A DNA stretch of 15,425 nucleotides from a candidate division WOR-3 bacterium. GTDB lineage: Bacteria > Hydrothermota > Hydrothermia > LBFQ01 > DSFT01. The notes below the pieces were generated by a model, which worked only from the letters and a program-made list of their open reading frames with translations, had not been told where the DNA came from and ran no database searches. Positions 8,566 to 15,425 of the stretch are shown here, in pieces (the first letter of the stretch is position 1; each line of letters opens with the position of its first letter). The translations under genes were made by a program, and so were the position numbers. Location: contig CBFGJN010000046.1 in assembly GCA_965649115.1 (NCBI GenBank), positions 1 to 15,425 of the forward strand, in the 5' to 3' direction.

Positions 8566-9650
8566 AGAATTTTATTCAAGAGTTTTTGAGAATATTTCAA
8601 TTTTCGGGTTATGTTTTAATTATTGTTTTTTTTATAGCAATTATTTGGGCAAATTCAAGTGATAGTTATTTCTCTATATTTCACAATAAAATAATTCACT
8701 TTTTTATAAATGAAATTTTAATGACACTATTTTTTTTACTTGTAGGACTTGAAATTAAAAGGGAAATTTTAATTGGACATTTGAGTAGTTTCAGAAAAGC
8801 TTTACTTCCTGTAATTCTTGCTTTTTTTGGTGCTATTACACCTGCTATTATTTTTATTGGAATTAATTATAATAATTTTGAAACATTAAGAGGCTGGGGT
8901 ATTCCTATGGCTACTGATATTGCTTTTGCATTCTTAATAATTAGTCTTTCAAATGTTCCATATAGTTTAAAAATAACATTGCTTTCCATTGCTGTTATTG
9001 ATGATATCATAGCAGTTATTGTAATTGGGATTTTTTATTCAAGTGGATTTAATGGTTTTTATTTATTTTTAATTCTTTTATTTGGTTTGATTTTGTTTTT
9101 TGTAAATAAGTTCTTTTATAGGGATTTAATTTTTTTAATTGCTTTAATCCCTGCTTGGTTCTTATTTTATAAAGCAGGCATTCATCCTTCTATAAGTGGT
9201 ATTTTCATAAGTTTATTTGTAAGGATTGAAAATTTAGAAAATTGGGAAGATAAACTTGATAATTTTGTAAATTTTTTTGTTTTACCAATGTTCATATTGG
9301 GAAATAGTGGTATAAAACTTTCCGATTTTGAATTTTCAAATATCTTAAATAGTTTAAGTTTAGGAATTATCTTAGGTTTATTTTTTGGAAAGCAATTAGG
9401 AATAACACTTTCAGCATTTATATTTAAAAAATTAAAAATTGTTGATTTTCCAACAGATATTAAATTATATGACATTTGGGCTATGTCTGTTGTTTGTGCT
9501 ATTGGATTTACAATGTCAATTTTCATATCCGAATTGGCTTTTTATAATGATAAAAAATTACTAGAAATTTCAAAGTTGAGTGTATTTATTGTTTCGTTTT
9601 TAAGTGCTATTTTTGGTTTAATTGTTCTAAAACTTCGTCAATTTTTTTAG
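8562..9650 (+). CDS. nhaA: Na+/H+ antiporter NhaA
   Basis: LMTLFFLLVGLEIKRE, GWGIPMATDIAFA, AVIDD, GLFFGKQLGI and IGFTMSIFI motifs. ATGA overlap with the upstream regulator. Confidence 0.95.
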   Translation: MKNFIQEFLRIFQFSGYVLIIVFFIAIIWANSSDSYFSIFHNKIIHFFINEILMTLFFLLVGLEIKREILIGHLSSFRKALLPVILAFFGAITPAIIFIGINYNNFETLRGWGIPMATDIAFAFLIISLSNVPYSLKITLLSIAVIDDIIAVIVIGIFYSSGFNGFYLFLILLFGLILFFVNKFFYRDLIFLIALIPAWFLFYKAGIHPSISGIFISLFVRIENLENWEDKLDNFVNFFVLPMFILGNSGIKLSDFEFSNILNSLSLGIILGLFFGKQLGITLSAFIFKKLKIVDFPTDIKLYDIWAMSVVCAIGFTMSIFISELAFYNDKKLLEISKLSVFIVSFLSAIFGLIVLKLRQFF

Positions 9651-9858
9651 CGAGTTCATAATCCTTTTGTGTTATGTTGTTTTCTGAATGTGTCCAAGTT
9701 TCAATAACTACCACATTATAATAAATATAAATGTTTGGATGATGATTTAACTGTTCGGAAATTTTAGCAACTTCATTTACAAAGTTTATAGCAGAAAGAA
9801 AATTTTTAAATTTATATTCTTTTTTTAGTTTTGGCGGTTCTAATTTCCAGTTATTCAT
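9607..9858 (-). CDS. phhB: Pterin-4-alpha-carbinolamine dehydratase (PhhB/PCD family)
   Basis: FKNFLSAINFVNEVA, HHP, TH and ITQKDYELAKKID motifs. 44-bp convergent overlap with nhaA. Confidence 0.9.
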   Translation of the reverse strand: MNNWKLEPPKLKKEYKFKNFLSAINFVNEVAKISEQLNHHPNIYIYYNVVVIETWTHSENNITQKDYELAKKIDEVLEQLNQK

Positions 9859-9865
9859 AATTAAA

Positions 9866-9876
9866 ATTTTAAAGTA
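9866..9876 (-). promoter_or_regulatory. Putative extended -10 element (TACTTTAAAAT) 7 nt before the PCD ATG
   Basis: Identical 11-mer and spacing to the motif before hisS. Confidence 0.6.
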
Positions 9877-9893
9877 TTTATTTTGATTATTTT

Positions 9894-10098
9894 TGCTGTG
9901 TCTAGTAATTCCAAAACTATTTATTTTACTATATTTTCCCCACCCACCCTATGAATAAGGCTTCGCCTTATAAATACCCATTTTTCGGCTATGGGGGGCT
10001 TTGCCCCCCATTAGATCCCCCATAAAATCAATAATTTCTTTAAAAATTTTATAAGTTATTGACTATCAATCACTCAACACCATTTACTAGACAAAGCA
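9894..10098 (+). mobile_element. MITE-like element copy B1 (205 bp)
   Basis: TIRs TGCTGTGTCTAGTAA / TTACTAGACAAAGCA (14/15 match). Flanked by the 9-bp direct repeat GATTATTTT (9885-9893 and 10099-10107). Confidence 0.85.
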
Positions 10099-10107
10099 GA
10101 TTATTTT

Positions 10108-10289
10108 TGCTGTGTCCAAAAATTTTGGAATTATTTATTTTTCAAAAGCCTTCGGCTTTAAAATACCCATTTTTTGCTTTGGGGGGGCAGAGCCCCCCTA
10201 ATAATCCCCCCCAATAAATCAATAATTTCCTTAAAAATTTTATAAATTATTGATTATCAATTGCTTAACAATAATTATTGGACAAAGCG
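10108..10289 (+). mobile_element. MITE-like element copy B2 (182 bp)
   Basis: TIRs TGCTGTGTCCAA / TTGGACAAAGCG. Flanked by GATTATTTT (10099-10107 and 10290-10298). Lacks the CCCACCCACCC block. Confidence 0.85.
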
Positions 10290-10298
10290 GATTATTTT

Positions 10299-10357
10299 TG
10301 CTTAGGGGGGACTTTAAATCAATAATTTCCTTAAAACTTCAATAAGTCCCATCAGCA
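10299..10357 (+). repeat. 59-bp remnant or related mini-element, third unit of the array
   Basis: Starts TGC and ends GCA; imperfect inverted ends (GGGACTT / AAGTCCC). Shares TAAATCAATAATTTCCTTAAAA with B2. Followed by GAGTATTAA (6/9 match to the 9-bp repeat). Confidence 0.5.
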
Positions 10358-10366
10358 GAGTATTAA

Positions 10367-11059
10367 TTATATCTTTCTAAATAAACCAATCAAGTATAGA
10401 CCATTTTTATAACCAAATTTAAACATTTGATAATCAATAAATTGATAGATATTTTTTAAAAATGGAAATTTGCCAATGCCTTTTGGTTTTAAATTTAAAA
10501 TTGTTCCAATTTTTATAATTTCAAATTGATTTTGTTTTGCTAATTTTTCATAATCATTAAAATCAAATGCCCATCTGTGTAATGTATAATTATTTTCTTT
10601 AATAGGCATATACCTTTCTTTTAATCTCCCACCAAGCCTATAATTAATAGTTAAAAAATGTCCATTTTTCTTCAAAATTCTTGAAATTTCTTTAAAGGAT
10701 AAACTTATATAATCCCAATTTGGAAGATGTTGGATAACTTGAAAAGAAAATACAAAATCAAATGTTTCATTTTTGAAGGGAATTTAGTGAATACTTGCTT
10801 GAACAACTTTGAATTTATCATTCTTACAAATTTTTACAGCTTCAAATGAATAATCAAATCCAAGGACATTATATTTTTTTAGATTTTCAAGTTTTAAACC
10901 TACACCACATCCAGCATCAAGTATTAGTTTTGGTTTTATAGAGTTAATTATATTTATTAAATAAAAGTTTTCAATATAATTTTCATAAAGCCAAGTTTTA
11001 GGTAGATTTTTACCATTAAGCTTATATTGATCATCAAATAGAATTTGTACTTCTTTCAT
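10367..11059 (-). pseudogene. Class I SAM-dependent methyltransferase with a single in-frame TAA
   Basis: ILDAGCGVG motif. The two listed ORFs are in the same frame and read ...QASIH*IPFKNETFDFVFSFQVIQHLPNW...EISRILKKNG. The only interruption is TAA at 10784-10786. Confidence 0.8.
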
Positions 11060-11089
11060 AAATAGTAAAAGTTTAAAGTCAAGAAGATA

Positions 11090-11108
11090 AGCCCCCCAGA
11101 AGGGGGCT
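11090..11108 (-). terminator. Intrinsic terminator of groES-groEL
   Basis: Stem AGCCCCC/GGGGGCT with a 5-nt loop just after the groEL stop, followed on the minus strand by TATCTTCTT. Confidence 0.7.
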
Positions 11109-11113
11109 AAATT

Positions 11114-12763
<1,650 letters not shown>

Positions 12764-13075
12764 TTATTCTTCTATAATTCCAAGAACTTCATCTTCTCTC
12801 ATAATTAAAAGTTTTTGATCATCTATTTCAATTTCAGTTCCAGCGTACTTTGAGAATATAACAATATCACCTACTTTTATATCAACAGGAATAACTTTAC
12901 CATCATCAGTTTTTCTACCAGGACCGACTGCAAGAACCCTTCCTTTTTGAGGTTTTTCCTTAGCAGTGTCAGGAATGATAATTCCACCTTTCTTTACTTC
13001 CTCCTCTTCTATCCTCTCAACAACAATTCTATCTCCAAGAGGTTTTATCTTTACTTTAAGTTCAACCTTTGCCAT
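12764..13075 (-). CDS. groS: Co-chaperonin GroES
   Basis: [28 protein letters not shown] and FSKYAGTE motifs. SD AAGGAGGT at 13082-13089. Confidence 0.98.
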   Translation of the reverse strand: MAKVELKVKIKPLGDRIVVERIEEEEVKKGGIIIPDTAKEKPQKGRVLAVGPGRKTDDGKVIPVDIKVGDIVIFSKYAGTEIEIDDQKLLIMREDEVLGIIEE

Positions 13076-13114
13076 ACCCTTACCTCCTTTTTGGTTATTT
13101 CAGTTAGGGGTAAA

Positions 13115-13125
13115 ATTTTAAAGCA
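13115..13125 (-). promoter_or_regulatory. Putative extended -10 element (TGCTTTAAAAT) of groES-groEL, with a leader and SD
   Basis: Same motif as before the other operons, here 39 nt before the ATG with a strong SD in between. Confidence 0.55.
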
Positions 13126-13170
13126 TAAGTTAACCTTTTACACAAATTGTTAAATTAAAAATGTCATGAG

Positions 13171-13206
13171 AATACCCATATTTATGACTTGGAGGCTTCG
13201 CACCCT
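13171..13206 (+). repeat. Degenerate remnant of the MITE core
   Basis: AATACCCATATTTATGACTTGGAGGCTTCGCACCCT aligns by eye with AATGCCCATTTTTATGCCTCGGGGGGCTACGCCCCC of copy C1. No TIRs are recognisable. Confidence 0.45.
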
Positions 13207-13238
13207 ATAATTAAGCGGAACACTTAAAAACCTCACAT

Positions 13239-14999
13239 TTATAAATTTCCATTTATTAATACTTTGAAGCTCCTATTATTAACTTTTATAATATAAATAC
13301 CATTCCTTAAAATCAAATTTATTTCTTTTGATTGGTAAAAAGTTTTTACATTTTTTCCATCTATCGTAAATATTTCCCAATTTGAAGGTTTTTCTGAAAT
13401 TCCATAAAGTCTGTTTTTTTCAACTAAAATTTTTATATTTATATCCTTTTCTTCATTATAACCCAATGGTGTTATTGAACAGCTTGGCTTAACATAATTA
13501 ATTGTTCCACAATTTGAGCTATTAGAAGGATCGTCAAGTACAACAACCCTTGCATTGTTATTAAAAGATGGTAAGTTTATAATTTCAGAGCATCCATCAT
13601 TATCAATATCTGCAATAGCTCCTCCTTCAAATGTTGCTCCATTAGGTATATAATTTATTGCTCTAAATCTCCATATTATACTTCCATTATCTAAATCTAG
13701 AAGGTAAATTGAATTTTCAGAAGGTGTATAACCAGTTGATATAACCGCTTCCATACCAGGATTTGTAGGAACTAAATCCGCTATTCTAGGAGCACCACTG
13801 TGATAAGAAGGTATGGCGCCAGGAGCATCAGGAAGTTGAATATCCCAAATTACTTGTTTGTTATTTCCTTTCCTTGCTGTCGCTCTTGGTAATAAAGAAA
13901 ACTGAGAATATCCGAATACATAATCATCACATCCATCGCCATCAATATCCCATACACCAACTGATGTATTTACATTATAAGGTGGTGAGCCCCCAAGTGT
14001 ATCAGTCCAAACAATACTAGCAGAACTTCCATTATCTCTTATTAAGTGAATATAACCTTCGTATTGTGTAACCATCATTTCATCACCATTTCCTGCTGGA
14101 CCTATAAAATCAGCAATAGCTGGAGTGCTCCAATATCCTCCACCTGTTGGAGGTAAATTAAACTGCCAAATAACATTCCCATTTATTGGATTAATAGCAA
14201 CAAGAAGTCCTGTATTAGCAAGAACATATAATCTATTTCCATTATTTCCAACATTTCCATAAGCTATTGTACCCAGAGGTGGCATAAAAGCATGCGGAGG
14301 TGATAATGTTATTCTTCTAATCCAAATTTGAGAACAATTTCCATCAAATGCTCTAACAACTAAACATCCTGTAAAGGAAAGACAATTTATATTAGGTGCT
14401 TCAGCATAAGTAAAAACAATATCGGGAATCCCATTTCCATTTATATCGGGTACAATAATAGGAGATGAATAAAGAGCGGCATTAGATAGAGAAACATTAC
14501 ATATTTCAGTACCATTCAACCTTAAAATATGTAATTTGTTTTGTTTATGCTGTAAAACAACTATTTCTGGACCCGAATTTGAGGTGTTTACATCCCCAAT
14601 AGCAGGCGATTGATGAGAACCAAAACCGGTTGGTGCAAAATCCCAAAGTACATTCCCATTTGAACCATTTAAAGCCTTAACTGATGCAGTGTGACTGGAT
14701 AAAGAGTCAGACCAACCAAATATAATATCATTTATCCCATCGCCATTTACATCAAAAATAGCAGGTTATCCTTCGCATCCACATTCAAGGGTATCGCCCT
14801 GTAAGCTTGAACATTTATAGGTATCAGGTGAGTTATTAAGAAAGTTATGATACCATTTAAGAGTAAAACCATTAGCATTATTAGCGAAGTTACCTTTTAA
14901 GAATTGAACGCCAGTGTTTCTTTGTGAGCCTCTTATTTTAAGCCAATTTCCACTGGCTCCATCATTCGGTGCTTGAGATATAAGAATTATTAAAATCAT
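13239..14999 (-). pseudogene. FG-GAP/PQQ-like beta-propeller secreted protein with T9SS-like CTD, interrupted by one in-frame TAA
   Basis: ORFs 14766..14999 and 13239..14519 are in the same frame, and the region between reads GCEG*PAIFDVNGDGINDIIFG...SPAIGDV...HILRLNGTEIC without another stop. Repeated PAIxDxxxDG blades. CTD IFTIDGKNV...LRNGIYIIKVN...KVLI. Confidence 0.8.
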
Positions 15000-15005
15000 A
15001 AGTAA

Positions 15006-15016
15006 ATTTTAAAGCA
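15006..15016 (-). promoter_or_regulatory. Putative extended -10 element (TGCTTTAAAAT) 6 nt before the FG-GAP gene ATG
   Basis: Same recurring motif; no SD. Confidence 0.6.
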
Positions 15017-15033
15017 TAAATTTCTTTCCTTTT

Positions 15034-15237
15034 TGCTGTGTCCAATAATTCTAAAATATAGATTATTTCTTATTTTTCCCACCCACCCTAAATTTAAGCC
15101 TTCGGCTTATAAATGCCCATTTTTATGCCTCGGGGGGCTACGCCCCCCCCATCAAACCCCCCTAAAATAAAGATTTTTAATGAATTTTCACAAGTCATTG
15201 ATAATCAAGGACTTAACATGATTTACTGGACAAAGCA
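15034..15237 (+). mobile_element. MITE-like element copy C1 (204 bp)
   Basis: TIRs TGCTGTGTCCAATAA / TTACTGGACAAAGCA. Flanked by the 9-bp direct repeat TTTCCTTTT (15025-15033 and 15238-15246). Confidence 0.85.
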
Positions 15238-15246
15238 TTTCCTTTT

Positions 15247-15365
15247 TGCTTTGTCTAGTAATTCTAAAAATATGATTATTTCTATATTTTTCCCGCCCAC
15301 CCTATATCCAAGGCTCCGCCTTTAAAATTCCCATTTTTCGGCAGTGGGGGGGGTTTCCCCCCCCC
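15247..15365 (+). mobile_element. MITE-like element copy C2 (partial; sequence degrades into poly-C)
   Basis: Left TIR TGCTTTGTCTAGTAA and a homologous body up to the G/C hairpin. Confidence 0.75.
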
Positions 15366-15425
15366 CACCCCCCCCCCCCCAACCCCCCACCCCCCAAAAG
15401 TTTTTTTTCACTCTTTGTTAACTCC

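Noticed and set aside
9182..9526. 114-aa minus-strand ORF
   Set aside because: Antisense shadow of nhaA.
9894..10289. Integron attC cassette array
   Set aside because: No RYYYAAC...GTTRRRY core ends, no cassette ORFs and no integrase; 9-bp duplications fit transposition better.
9885..10366. CRISPR array
   Set aside because: Units are about 200 bp, homologous to each other and bounded by inverted repeats; no cas genes are present in the window.
12947..13153. 68-aa plus-strand ORF
   Set aside because: Antisense to groES and its promoter region.
15113..15325. 70-aa ORF as a possible element-encoded peptide or transposase fragment
   Set aside because: It runs across the C1/C2 junction, is not conserved as an ORF in other copies and has no transposase motifs.
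15346..15425. Long poly-G/poly-C tract as a biological feature
   Set aside because: It starts at the strong G/C hairpin of copy C2 at the end of the sequence and looks like low-quality base calling.

Overview
Very AT-rich bacterial DNA. The composition and the secreted proteins with T9SS-type C-terminal domains suggest an FCB-related, possibly thermophilic lineage such as WOR-3; this is inference only. Gene content, left to right: the 3' part of a Cys-rich secreted protein with a T9SS-like C-terminal domain; a minus-strand operon lipoprotein-purM-asnB; a plus-strand operon hisS, a patatin-like/TPR/wHTH-BTAD regulator and nhaA; a pterin-4a-carbinolamine dehydratase; a SAM methyltransferase interrupted by one in-frame TAA; groES-groEL; and an FG-GAP beta-propeller secreted protein also interrupted by one in-frame TAA. 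The most striking signal is non-coding. A family of 150-205 bp MITE-like elements with TGCYKTGTCYA...TRGACAARGCR ends occurs at three intergenic loci. At two loci they stack head-to-tail, separated by identical 9-bp target duplications, exactly 22 bp upstream of a conserved -10-like motif of apparently leaderless genes. The elements carry triloop hairpins with compensatory changes, a G-quadruplex-like motif and IHF-consensus sites. Other notable items are a catalytically dead patatin domain fused to a SARP-type regulator, and a lipoprotein packed with Bacteroidota-type D-S/T O-glycosylation sequons.
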